From the NCBI GenBank assembly GCA_025358515.1, contig JANYJG010000005.1, positions 4,779 through 68,778 on the forward strand: DNA of 64,000 nucleotides, in the 5' to 3' direction. The position numbers were made by a program, and so were the translations under genes. Numbering within the stretch: the stretch's first letter is position 1; every line of letters begins with the position of its first letter. This DNA comes from Chloroflexota bacterium (GTDB lineage: Bacteria; Chloroflexota; Limnocylindria; Limnocylindrales; CSP1-4). Under the pieces are notes generated by a model. The model searched no databases. It was not told where the DNA came from and saw only the letters and a list, made by a program, of their open reading frames with translations. Positions 28,951 through 38,108 of this stretch are shown here, piece by piece.

Positions 28951-29473
28951 ATGCTTATGCGTGTGCGGATTGCTGCCTGTGCGCTGAATCGCGATCGCGC
29001 GCCTTGTTGAGCGACGGCAGCGTGCGTTTCGGCCGGCTCAAGCGTGTACGGTTCTAAATGATGCCGCTCGACCTATCCTCGCCAGCGCCTGCCACTGAAC
29101 AGATGCCGCGCCTGTCCGACGAAACAGCCGCCGCCGTGAACGCCAGCCTCTGATAGATCCCGCCACATGGATCGTCCGGGAGGGTACGAGCTTCCAGGCG
29201 ACGACCGACGCCGGCAAGACCTGGCGCGTGACCCCGGTCCGCAGCGGCTGGCAATCGAACGCCGGCACTTTGAGCATCACCGACTCGATTGCATTCGCCG
29301 ATGCGAGCCACGGTTGGCTCGTCTACAGCGACCCTTACCCACTTTTTCCAAATCCCCCGTCGGCATCCGGCGTGTCGGTGAGTGCGATCTGCGACGGGCT
29401 CAACGCACCGCCGCCGCAGCACCTCGAAGCCACGGATGACGGCGGCGCCACGTGGCGCGAGGTTCTGCACTAA
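28951..29473 (+). pseudogene. Decayed lipoprotein gene with BNR (Asp-box) repeats
   Basis: The open frame 29099..29473 encodes two Asp-boxes (TTDAGKTWR, TDDGGATWR) but has no start codon before the first one. Upstream, signal/lipobox-like pieces (MLMRVRIAACAL..., ATAAC) sit in other frames, separated by stops at 29008, 29057 and 29150-29155. Confidence 0.4.
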
Positions 29474-29528
29474 CCGCCCCACCGGGCGTCGGCGCCAGCG
29501 GTCCGCGCTCGCAAAGCCGGACATGAAA

Positions 29529-29556
29529 CGAGGGCCGACCTTTCGGCCGACCCTCG
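29529..29556 (-). terminator. Putative terminator hairpin after pnp
   Basis: The minus-strand RNA CGAGGGUCGGCC-GAAA-GGUCGGCCCUCG forms a 12-bp stem (2 G.U pairs) with a GAAA tetraloop. It is followed by UUUCAU, a short U tract. Confidence 0.55.
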
Positions 29557-29571
29557 TCGTTTCGCTGCTAG

Positions 29572-32160
29572 CTACGCGTCCGTCTTGGCGAGATGCCGCG
29601 CCATGGCGGCCTTTCGCGATAGATTGACGCGACCCTGGCGGTCGATCTCGGTCACGACGACCATGACCTCGTCGCCGACCGAGACCACGTCCTCAACGGT
29701 GGGCACGTGGTAGTCGGCAAGCTCGCCGATCCGGACCAGGCCTTCCTTGCCCGGCAGGATTTCGACGAAGGCGCCGAAGCCCATGATCCGGGTGACCTTG
29801 CCCAGGTAGAGGCCGCCGATCTCCACGTCGCGGGTAAGAGACTCGATCCACTGGATCGCCTTGCGCGAGCTGTCGCCCGACACTGCGGCGACCTGGACCG
29901 TGCCATCGTCCTCGACGTTGATCTCGGTGCCGGTTTCCTCCTGGATCTTGCGGATCACGGAGCCGCCCTTGCCGATGATGTCGCGGATCTTTTCGGGGTT
30001 GATCTTGATGGTGATGATGCGCGGCGCGAACCGGCTCATCTCGGTACGGCTGCTCGGCATAACCGCGTCCATCTTGTCCAGGATCGCCATGCGGGCCGTG
30101 AAGGCCTTCTGGAGTCCCTGGCGGATGATCTGCTCGTTGATGCCCTTGACCTTGATGTCCATCTGCAGAGCTGTGACGCCCTCGCGGGTGCCGGTGACCT
30201 TGAAGTCCATGTCACCGAAGGCGTCTTCCTTGCCGAGGATGTCGGTCAGGACTACGAAGCGGCCGTCTGGTTCGCTGATCAGGCCCATCGCGGCGCCGGC
30301 CACGGCTGCCTTGATCGGCACGCCGGCGTCCATAAGGGCAAGGCTGGAACCGCAGGTCGAAGCCATCGATGTCGAGCCGTTGGACGTGACGCACTCGCTG
30401 ACGAGGCGTATGACGTACGGGAACTCATCCTCAGACGGCAGGACCGGCAGCAGGGCTCGCTCGGCGAGGTGGCCATGGCCGATCTCGCGCCGGCCGGGGC
30501 CGCGCATCGGCTTGTTCTCGCCGGTGCTGTACGGGGGCATGTTGTAGTGGTGGAGATAACGCTTCTCGGTCTCGGGGCTGATTGTGTCGATCCGCTGGAC
30601 GTCCGAGTTGGGGCCAAGGGTGGCCACCGTGAGGGCCTGTGTCTGGCCACGAGTGAACAGGCCGGAACCGTGAGCACGAGGCAGAACGCCGACTTCCACT
30701 GAAATCTGGCGAAGCTCGTCCACGCCACGGCCGTCCATGCGGATGCCCTCGTCGAGGACGACCTTGCGGGTCGTCTTCTTCTGGACTAGCTGGAAGAGGC
30801 CCTTGCTGACGCGACCCTGGCGGCGAGCGGCTTCAAGCAGACCGGCCGGATCCTCGCCGTCCTTGCGGTTGGCGCGGATCGAGATCGAGATCGCTTCCTG
30901 CAGATTCTCGATCCGGTTCGGGAGATCACTCGCGTACTTGGCAACGATGGCAGCGGTCGTCTCGGCATCGGCGAGGCCGCGGTGAACGGTCTCGACGGTG
31001 ACGCCGAAGAAGCGGGCGACATCGCCCAGCTTGTACGACTCGAGGTCCGGGTAGGCCTCGCGGGCAATCACGAGAGTGTCGAAGTAGCCGCCTTCAATGA
31101 ACTTGCCACTCTCGCCCAGGGCCTGGTCGAGGAAGCCGATATCGAAGCCCACGTTATGGCCAACGATCGGAGCGCCGGCGACGAAGGCCAGCAGCTTCTG
31201 GGCCGCTTCCTTGGCGACCGGTGCGCCGGCGACGTCAGCATCGGTGATGCCGTGCATCTGGGCGCCGAAGATGTCGCGGCCGGGGTTCACAAACGTCGAG
31301 AACCGGTCGACGATCTGGCCGTCGCGAACACGGACGGCGCCAATCTCGATCAGGTCGGCCACCTTGGCGTCTCGGCCGGTTGTCTCCGTATCGAGAACAA
31401 CGAACTCGGAGCCTCGCTGGCTGACCTTCTTGACGAACTCAAGAATGGAACCGATGCCGGGCTCGCGATAACCCACCGACTTGGGCTTGCCAGCGGCGGC
31501 GCGCATCTCTTCCTGGATATCGATGAGCGGCTGAAGGGCGCGATGGCCGAAGAGGATGGCGTCGGCCATAACGTCTTCGGGCACGATCAGTGCGCCTGCC
31601 TCAACCATCATGATCGCGTCGCGGGTGCCCGAGACGATCAGGTCAATATCGGAGCGCTCAAGGTCGCTGACGGTGGGGTTGACCACGAACTCGCCGTCGA
31701 TACGTCCGATGCGCACGGCGCCGATGGGGCCGAGGAACGGGATCGGGCTAATCGTCAGAGCGCAAGAGGCCGCGAAGGTGCCGAGGACATCCGTCTGGTT
31801 TTCCTGGTCCGTTGACAGGACCGTGATCACAATCTGGATGTCGTCCTTGTAGCCCTCGGGGAAAAGCGGCCGGATCGGACGGTCTGTCAGTCGGCAAGCC
31901 AGGATGGCCTGCTCGGACGGGCGCGACTCACGCTTGATGAAGCCGCCCGGGATCTTCCCGGCGGCGTACATGCGCTCCTCGAACTCGACGGTCAGCGGGA
32001 AGAAGTCGAGACCGGGTCGCGGATCGGACCGGTTGGCTGTCCCCAGGACCATGGTGTCGCCGAAGCGAACTGTGACGGCGCCGCCTGCTAGCAGTGCCAT
32101 CCTGCCGGTCTCGACCGTGAGGGTGCGGCCGGCGAACTGCGTCTCGAATGTCTGAGACAC
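29572..32160 (-). CDS. pnp: Polynucleotide phosphorylase with an inserted DEDDh 3'-5' exonuclease domain (PH1 - DEDDh - PH2 - KH - S1)
   Basis: GTG at 32160 has GGAGGA 10 nt upstream (track ORF extends to 32415). PH1 has FPLTVEFEERMYAAGKIPGGFIKRE. PH2 has RMDGRGVDELRQISVEVGVLPRAHGSGLFTRGQTQ...GHGHLAERAL...DMDFKV. KH has IGKGGSVIRKI. S1 has YLGKVTRIMGFGAFVEI. The insert 30922..31410 carries DTETTG, HNVGFD and H-x4-D. Confidence 0.92.
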   Translation of the reverse strand: MSQTFETQFAGRTLTVETGRMALLAGGAVTVRFGDTMVLGTANRSDPRPGLDFFPLTVEFEERMYAAGKIPGGFIKRESRPSEQAILACRLTDRPIRPLFPEGYKDDIQIVITVLSTDQENQTDVLGTFAASCALTISPIPFLGPIGAVRIGRIDGEFVVNPTVSDLERSDIDLIVSGTRDAIMMVEAGALIVPEDVMADAILFGHRALQPLIDIQEEMRAAAGKPKSVGYREPGIGSILEFVKKVSQRGSEFVVLDTETTGRDAKVADLIEIGAVRVRDGQIVDRFSTFVNPGRDIFGAQMHGITDADVAGAPVAKEAAQKLLAFVAGAPIVGHNVGFDIGFLDQALGESGKFIEGGYFDTLVIAREAYPDLESYKLGDVARFFGVTVETVHRGLADAETTAAIVAKYASDLPNRIENLQEAISISIRANRKDGEDPAGLLEAARRQGRVSKGLFQLVQKKTTRKVVLDEGIRMDGRGVDELRQISVEVGVLPRAHGSGLFTRGQTQALTVATLGPNSDVQRIDTISPETEKRYLHHYNMPPYSTGENKPMRGPGRREIGHGHLAERALLPVLPSEDEFPYVIRLVSECVTSNGSTSMASTCGSSLALMDAGVPIKAAVAGAAMGLISEPDGRFVVLTDILGKEDAFGDMDFKVTGTREGVTALQMDIKVKGINEQIIRQGLQKAFTARMAILDKMDAVMPSSRTEMSRFAPRIITIKINPEKIRDIIGKGGSVIRKIQEETGTEINVEDDGTVQVAAVSGDSSRKAIQWIESLTRDVEIGGLYLGKVTRIMGFGAFVEILPGKEGLVRIGELADYHVPTVEDVVSVGDEVMVVVTEIDRQGRVNLSRKAAMARHLAKTDA

Positions 32161-32171
32161 TGGTCTTTGTT

Positions 32172-32191
32172 CCTCCTGAGCGAACAGGAGG
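32172..32191 (-). promoter_or_regulatory. SD-sequestering hairpin in the pnp leader
   Basis: The minus-strand RNA CCUCCUG-UUCGCU-CAGGAGG forms a 7-bp stem. Its 3' arm is the only SD for the pnp GTG. Confidence 0.5.
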
Positions 32192-32275
32192 ATGCGTGTG
32201 TTCCCGGAACTCGTCTTGGACGAGCCGGCGCGAATGATGCGACAGCGCGAGTCTCCCCGCGCCGAGGCGGCCGCG

Positions 32276-32545
32276 CTAGCGGCGCAGACCGAGCCGTGCG
32301 ATGACGGTCCGGTAGCGAGCGTTGTCCTTCTTGATGAGATAGGCAAGAAGGCGGCGTCGATGTCCGACGAGCTTGAGGAGGCCGCGGCGGGAATGATTGT
32401 CCTTCGGGAAGGCACGCAGGTGCATCGTTAGCTCCTTGATCCTCTCGGTCAGGAGCGCAATCTGCACCTCAGCAGAGCCTGTATCGCCATCCTTGACGGC
32501 GTATTCCGAAATGACCTGATCCTTCGTCTCCCGCGCCAGCGGCAC
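32276..32545 (-). CDS. rpsO: 30S ribosomal protein S15
   Basis: [48 protein letters not shown]. 89 aa, GTG start with GGAGGA upstream. Confidence 0.95.
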   Translation of the reverse strand: MPLARETKDQVISEYAVKDGDTGSAEVQIALLTERIKELTMHLRAFPKDNHSRRGLLKLVGHRRRLLAYLIKKDNARYRTVIARLGLRR

Positions 32546-32672
32546 ACGATCCTCCGATTAGCTCTCTTGTACGGTGGATTTCCTAACTTTCTAAATGCCT
32601 GGCGGATGCTAGCAGGGATCGTCCCGCCTTGCCAGTCGAGCGCGCGTCGCTCGGTGCGAGCCGCCCGTTTGT

Positions 32673-34550
32673 CTACGACTGAGCCGCCGCGGCCGCGAAG
32701 ACAACCCGAATATGACCGTTCGTCGAGTCTTCACCGGCTTCGAGCGAAAGCGAGCCGCCGGCGATGACGGCGGTGCCGCGCCTTGCAGCCGGGGTCGCCG
32801 GCCCGCCCAGGGCCCAGTTCGGGCCGAGGAGAACCGGGTAAGTGCCGTCGGGGGGCAGGCAGACTGGGACGTCGAAGGAGAGGTGCTGTTGCGGTAGTTC
32901 CGAAGAGCCGCTGGTCGGGCTCATGTTCACGTCACCGATTGTCGTGCCGGTAACGGACAACGGGCGGCCCAGGAGCTGCTGCGCGCCCGCCAGATCGCCA
33001 TTCGAGGCGCGGCGTCGGATCTCCGAACTGCGGACCTGTTCACCGTCGAGCAGGTAGGAGTTGACGACCGTGACCGCAAAGCCGCTCCTGGCGCCGAGTT
33101 CCGCAAGCGCGTCCGGGGTGCCGCGCCGCTCGAAGCCAAAGGCTGCGTCCGGCGTCATGGCGAAGCCCGCCACCTCCAAGTGGCTGGTGATGCGCGCCAC
33201 GAATTCGTCGTAGCTCGTGGTTCGCAGAGCGTGGTCAAAATGCTGGACCACGGCTATCTCGATCCCGGCTGCCTCCAGGCGAACGAGGCGCTCTTCCGGG
33301 TCGCACAGCAGCGGCGGCGCCAGGCCCTCGATCACTTCCTCGGGATGGGCGTCGAACGTCACTATGGCCGGCCGCGCCCCAGCTCGAGCCGCTGCCTTGC
33401 GCAGTTCGCGCAAGAGGTAAAGATGGCCGCGGTGCAGTCCGTCGAAAACGCCCACGGCCAGATACAGCCGGCCCAGGTCCGGCGTTAGCTCGTCTATTCC
33501 AGCGACTACTCTCATGCGGTTACCGGCGCGAACCACACGCAGAGTTCGCTCGCCCAGGCGCTGGGCTCTGGGCGTGGGTCCAGCGCCGTCGGCCTTTGGG
33601 GCATTGCCTCCGCCGCCGGGCAATTCGACGAATATCTTCTCCGGAACGACGCGGCCTGCCTTCCACGAGCCCATACCGATCAGACCCTGGTTCACATCCA
33701 GCAGACGCAGGCGGTCGTTCTGGTCGGCCCGGGGTCGATTCACAGGCTTGATCTGCTGGCCGCGCACAACGGCCGCGGTCTCGGCCTCGTTCAAGGTCAC
33801 CGCCGCGATCCCTGCCAGACCCGCGTCGATTGGTAGCAGCAGCTTGGCCAGCTCGGCCGGTCCCGCGGCGGCTGCGGCCCGCACCACCTCCAAGTCGTGC
33901 GCCTCGGCGATGCGGAAAGGTCCGCTGGCGGTGCGAACCAGCGCCCCCAGGTACGCGCCGCAGCCGAACCGCTCGCCCAGGTCCCGGGCCAGCGAGCGGA
34001 TGTAGGTACCCGCACCGCAATCCACTTCGACGATGGCAACCGGACGGGCCGGATCCGAATCGTCCCAGTCGACCATTTCGAGGCGATGAATAGTTACGGC
34101 TCGAGGCGCCAGCTCCGGCGGCGAGCCCTCCCTGGCCAGCTGATACGCCCGCCGGCCGCCGATCTTCATGGCACTATATGACGGCGGGCGCTGCATTATC
34201 TGGCCCCGGAACTCCCCCAATGCCTCCTCGACAGCCGCGCGTGTCGGCGCAGGCCCGGGCCCGGGTACCAACTCACCGTCGCGGTCGTCCGTCTCCGAGG
34301 CAGCGCCGAAGCAAACCGTTGCCCGATACGCCTTGTTGTCGGCCATGTGGTACTCGACAAGGCGTGTCGCCAGCCCCAGAAATATCGGCAACACTCCCGC
34401 CGCGAACGGGTCCAGAGTGCCGCCGTGGCCGGCCCGGCGCGTCCCCGTCAGCCGCCGGACCACGGCAACCACGTCGTGCGACGTATAGCCGGGCGCCTTG
34501 GCGACGACCAGGATTCCGTCCATGCCGCGGTCGCGGTGCGCTTCGGTCAT
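32673..34550 (-). CDS. truB-ribF: Fused tRNA pseudouridine(55) synthase TruB / FAD synthetase RibF (single 625-aa reading frame)
   Basis: The N-terminal half has GILVVAKAPGYTSHDVV...GHGGTLDPFAAGVLPIFLG (TruB catalytic Asp motif). From about aa 346 it reads MRVVAGIDEL...VGVFDGLHRGHLYLL...VRSSEIRRR (FMN adenylyltransferase). No stop codon lies between them. Confidence 0.85.
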   Translation of the reverse strand: MTEAHRDRGMDGILVVAKAPGYTSHDVVAVVRRLTGTRRAGHGGTLDPFAAGVLPIFLGLATRLVEYHMADNKAYRATVCFGAASETDDRDGELVPGPGPAPTRAAVEEALGEFRGQIMQRPPSYSAMKIGGRRAYQLAREGSPPELAPRAVTIHRLEMVDWDDSDPARPVAIVEVDCGAGTYIRSLARDLGERFGCGAYLGALVRTASGPFRIAEAHDLEVVRAAAAAGPAELAKLLLPIDAGLAGIAAVTLNEAETAAVVRGQQIKPVNRPRADQNDRLRLLDVNQGLIGMGSWKAGRVVPEKIFVELPGGGGNAPKADGAGPTPRAQRLGERTLRVVRAGNRMRVVAGIDELTPDLGRLYLAVGVFDGLHRGHLYLLRELRKAAARAGARPAIVTFDAHPEEVIEGLAPPLLCDPEERLVRLEAAGIEIAVVQHFDHALRTTSYDEFVARITSHLEVAGFAMTPDAAFGFERRGTPDALAELGARSGFAVTVVNSYLLDGEQVRSSEIRRRASNGDLAGAQQLLGRPLSVTGTTIGDVNMSPTSGSSELPQQHLSFDVPVCLPPDGTYPVLLGPNWALGGPATPAARRGTAVIAGGSLSLEAGEDSTNGHIRVVFAAAAAQS

Positions 34551-34553
34551 CGT

Positions 34554-35594
34554 CTAGCGCTCAACCGCAGCTACCAGTTCCGCGGCCTTCGCCAGAACCG
34601 CCCGACGCGCTTCCTCCAGGGGCAGCTCAAGCGTGGCGCCGGCAGCCCGCGCGTGACCGCCGCCCCCGAAAACACCAGTCAGCACGGTGGCGTCCACACC
34701 GCCCGGCAGCGTCCGAACGCTGATGCGAGTGGAGTCGTCGCCCTCCTTGAACAGAATGGCGGCCTCTGCCGTGGCCGACTGGGCGAGCAAATCGACCAGA
34801 CCTTCGGACTCCTCCGGTCGAGCGCCGGATGCGGACAGATCCGCCAGTTCGAGGGTCGACCACAACAACCGGCCGTCCATTTCGGCGCCGATACGGGCTA
34901 GAACGCGCCCAAACAGAATCAGCTGGCTGTTGGGCTTGGAGCGATAGATGCGTCGGGCGATGTCGGTCAGTGGGGCGCCCGCCTCGCGCAGGGCCGCGGC
35001 GACGACGAGCGTTCTAGGCGTCGTGTTGGAGTGCTGGAAATTGGCGGTGTCCATGACAATCCCGGCCGTCAGCGCCGCCGCTAGCACGCCGTCTTCGGCG
35101 GTCAGGGGCACTCCCATCCGCCACGCCAGCAACGTCACCATCTCGCAGGTGGCGGAACTGCTCGGGTCGATCCAATCGAAGACGCCGAAGGTCCGGTTCG
35201 AAATGTGGTGATCGATGTCCAGGATGGGCACGCGATCGAACAGGGCACGGTGCGATTCCAGCACCGGACCGATCCGCTCCAGCTCACCGCAATCCACGAC
35301 GACGAGCAGGTCGTAATCGATCGACGCATCCGGCTCCAGGCGGAAACGATCGAAACCCGGAAGGAAATCGTACATTGCCGGGACGGGATCGGCGCACACG
35401 GGCGTAGACACTCCCCCACCCGCCTGAACGATCATGCCGACCGCCAGCGCGGAACCAAGCGCGTCCGCCTCAGGATGCGAGTGGCAGATCGTCAAGACGC
35501 GCCTGGCAGAGCGCAGCCGCGCCACGACTTCGTCCGGAACGGCGGCCGCGTATGCGGAAAGGTCGACACGGGGCGCCGTGCGATCAACGCTCAT
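34554..35594 (-). CDS. nrnA: DHH/DHHA1 phosphoesterase (NrnA-type nanoRNase / pAp phosphatase)
   Basis: DHH motifs HSHPEADALGS, VVVDCG and LDIDHHISN, plus DHHA1 GGGGHARAAG. Confidence 0.85.
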   Translation of the reverse strand: MSVDRTAPRVDLSAYAAAVPDEVVARLRSARRVLTICHSHPEADALGSALAVGMIVQAGGGVSTPVCADPVPAMYDFLPGFDRFRLEPDASIDYDLLVVVDCGELERIGPVLESHRALFDRVPILDIDHHISNRTFGVFDWIDPSSSATCEMVTLLAWRMGVPLTAEDGVLAAALTAGIVMDTANFQHSNTTPRTLVVAAALREAGAPLTDIARRIYRSKPNSQLILFGRVLARIGAEMDGRLLWSTLELADLSASGARPEESEGLVDLLAQSATAEAAILFKEGDDSTRISVRTLPGGVDATVLTGVFGGGGHARAAGATLELPLEEARRAVLAKAAELVAAVER

Positions 35595-36178
35595 CGCGGC
35601 TTCTTGCGGTTTGCGGACCCGGATCGGCCGTCGCCGCTGCGACCGCCGCCCGAGCCGCGAGCACCGTGGTCATCCTGACGGCCATGCAGATTGTCTCGTC
35701 GCGCCCGCGGCTTCTGTACGGCCGTAGACTCGGGCACTCCCGCGCCCAAAGGCTCGATCAGGGCGTCGCCTTCGTGGGGCAAACGCTTGACCGGCGTCGG
35801 CAGCGTCTCCGAAACGGGCCTCGATTCGTCCGGCGTCCGGCCTTCCTCGAGCTCGCTCAGGATCTGGAGCACGCGCGATCCCCGCTGGATCGATTCGTCC
35901 AGGCGGACGTCCAGTTGCGGGATCCGCCGCATCTGGATCTTTGAGCCGAGGCCGTGTCGGATGAATGGCATAGCCCGGCGAAGCGCGGCCAATGTGGCTT
36001 TGCGCTCCTCCTCGGACCCGATGACGCTTACCCACACCTTGGCATGGGCGAGATCGGAGCTCGTCTCAACGTCCGTTACCGTGACGAAGCCGATGGCTGG
36101 GTCGGTCACTTCGCGTTCGAGCGCCCGACCTATCTCCTGGCGCAGTAGTTCGTCGATTCGTTCGGTTCGCTGTGTCAT
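35591..36178 (-). CDS. rbfA: Ribosome-binding factor A with about 75-aa low-complexity C-terminal extension
   Basis: RTERIDELLRQEIGRALEREVTDPAIGFVTVTDVETSSDLAHAKVWVSV. ATGA overlap with nrnA. Confidence 0.9.
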   Translation of the reverse strand: MTQRTERIDELLRQEIGRALEREVTDPAIGFVTVTDVETSSDLAHAKVWVSVIGSEEERKATLAALRRAMPFIRHGLGSKIQMRRIPQLDVRLDESIQRGSRVLQILSELEEGRTPDESRPVSETLPTPVKRLPHEGDALIEPLGAGVPESTAVQKPRARRDNLHGRQDDHGARGSGGGRSGDGRSGSANRKKPR

Positions 36179-36197
36179 CGAGACTGGCTACTCCGGC

Positions 36198-38108
36198 TCA
36201 ACCGTTGGCCCGACTCACCATTTGCTGGGTGAAGCACTCGATGATATCGCCCTCGATGAGGTCGTTCGAACCGGCCAAACCGATGCCGCACTCGAAGTTG
36301 GTGGCCACTTCGCGGACGTCGTCCTTCATGCGGCGGAGAGACTCGATCTTGTCGGTGATTATGATCTTGCCGCCTCGCCAGACTCGGACTCCGCCGGTTC
36401 GAACGATCCGCCCGTCGGTGACGTAGCAGCCGGCTATGACGGCCACCTTCCCGACCTTGAAGATCTTTCGAACCTCGGCTCGACCTTCGACGGTCTCGAC
36501 CTGCTCGGGCTCGAGCAAGCCGCGGAGGGCCGCGGAGATGTCGTCGGCGAGCTTGTAGATGATGTCGTAGCTGCGGACATCGACCTTCTCGGATTCAGCG
36601 GCGCGGCGAGCTGTATCGGTGACCTTCGTGTTGAAGGCGATCACGATCGCGTCCGATGCGGCGGCCAGCATGATGTCGTTGTCCGTGACATCGCCCGCTG
36701 CCTCGTGGATGACGTTGATGCGGGTCTCGTCCGTGGAGAGCTGTTGCAGGGCGTGGACGATGGCACCGAGCGAACCCGACACATCGGCCTTGAGGATGAT
36801 CCGCAGTTCCTTAGTCTGGCCGGCCTGGATCTGAGCGTAGAGGTCTTCCAGGGTAGCCCGACCGGTGCCTTCGGTCTTGGCCGCCGATGCGGCCTTGCGC
36901 TGCTCCACCATGGCTCGGGCGACCTTCTCGTCTGCGACGACGCGGAGGATGTCGCCTGCCTGAGGAACGTCCGCCAGGCCCAGAACCACGGCCGGGCTCG
37001 ACGGCCCAGCCTTGGTAATGCGCTTGCCGAGGGCGTTTTCCAGAGCGCGCACCTTGCCGTATGTCTCGCCCACGATGATGACGTCGCCGACGCGCAGGGT
37101 GCCTGTCTGAACCAACGCCGTGGCAACGGGGCCGCGTCCCTTGTCCAGCTCGGCCTCCACGATCGTCCCGATGGCGGGGCGCTTGGGGTTGGCCTTGAGC
37201 TCGAGCAGGTCGGCCACGAGGATGATCATCTCTAGAAGTTCGTCCAAGCCGAGGCGGGCCTTGGCCGAAACGGCCACCATTGGCACGTCGCCGCCGTACT
37301 CCTCGACCACGACGCCGGCCTCCGCCAAGCCGTTCTTGACCCTTTCCGGGTTGGCGTCGGGCTTATCGATCTTGTTGAGGGCGATGACGATCGGGACCTT
37401 GGCCGCGCGAGCGTGGTCGATCGCCTCGAGCGTCTGGGGCATGACGCCGTCGTCCGCCGCCACCACGACCACGGCAATGTCCGTGACTCTGGCCCCGCGG
37501 GCACGCATGGCGGTGAACGCCTCGTGGCCCGGGGTGTCGAGGAAGACGATGTGGCGACCGTCCTTCATTACGATTTCGCTCGCACCGATGTGCTGGGTGA
37601 TGCCGCCGCGCTCCCCCGCCGCGACCTTCGTGGTGCGGATGGCATCCAGGAGCGAGGTCTTGCCGTGGTCCACGTGGCCCATGACGGTCACGATCGGGGC
37701 GCGCGGCAGCAGGAGGCTTGCTTCGTCCTCCTCGTAGAGTTGCTCTTTGGTGGCGGCGCTAACGGGCGCGGCCTCGGCCGGTGTTCCGTCTGCGTTCGCA
37801 ACGGCTACCGCGGTGACCTCTGAAACCTCATAACCGAGCTCCTCGGCGACGAGGGAAGCCGTTTCGCGGTCTATCCCCTGATTGATGTTGGCGAAGATGC
37901 CGGACTTGATCAGCTCGCGGATGATGTCCGCGGGATTCACGCCCAGGAGGTCGGCCATATCTTTAACGGTGATGCTCGCCGGCAGCTCGAAGGCTGTGCG
38001 CTCACGCGGATCCCCGGACTGACCATTTGCCTGCGTGCCGAGGTCGCGGCGCATCGGCTTGCGCGGTCCACGACGGCCCCGCGTGCCGCTCCTACTCTTG
38101 GCCACCAC
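36198..38108 (-). CDS. infB: Translation initiation factor IF-2 (short N-terminal region)
   Basis: G-domain motifs [24 protein letters not shown] and NKIDK. Tandem GTG starts right after GGAGG. Confidence 0.95.
   Translation of the reverse strand: MVAKSRSGTRGRRGPRKPMRRDLGTQANGQSGDPRERTAFELPASITVKDMADLLGVNPADIIRELIKSGIFANINQGIDRETASLVAEELGYEVSEVTAVAVANADGTPAEAAPVSAATKEQLYEEDEASLLLPRAPIVTVMGHVDHGKTSLLDAIRTTKVAAGERGGITQHIGASEIVMKDGRHIVFLDTPGHEAFTAMRARGARVTDIAVVVVAADDGVMPQTLEAIDHARAAKVPIVIALNKIDKPDANPERVKNGLAEAGVVVEEYGGDVPMVAVSAKARLGLDELLEMIILVADLLELKANPKRPAIGTIVEAELDKGRGPVATALVQTGTLRVGDVIIVGETYGKVRALENALGKRITKAGPSSPAVVLGLADVPQAGDILRVVADEKVARAMVEQRKAASAAKTEGTGRATLEDLYAQIQAGQTKELRIILKADVSGSLGAIVHALQQLSTDETRINVIHEAAGDVTDNDIMLAAASDAIVIAFNTKVTDTARRAAESEKVDVRSYDIIYKLADDISAALRGLLEPEQVETVEGRAEVRKIFKVGKVAVIAGCYVTDGRIVRTGGVRVWRGGKIIITDKIESLRRMKDDVREVATNFECGIGLAGSNDLIEGDIIECFTQQMVSRANG

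Noticed and set aside
29054-29524. 156-aa minus-strand ORF in the asd-pnp gap.
   Set aside because: The translation is Arg-rich and featureless. The plus strand of the same DNA carries recognisable BNR Asp-box repeats.
32161-32415. N-terminal extensions proposed by the ORF track. Examples: pnp from 32415, the surface protein from 16821, PadR-1 from 10427, tsf from 49353, yajQ from 19303, khpA from 55591, nusA from 39818, capA from 50153.
   Set aside because: In each case the extension is low-complexity Arg/Ser/Pro sequence. The family-conserved N-terminus begins at an internal start with a clear GGAGG-type SD. Some extensions would overlap the upstream gene or run through a terminator.
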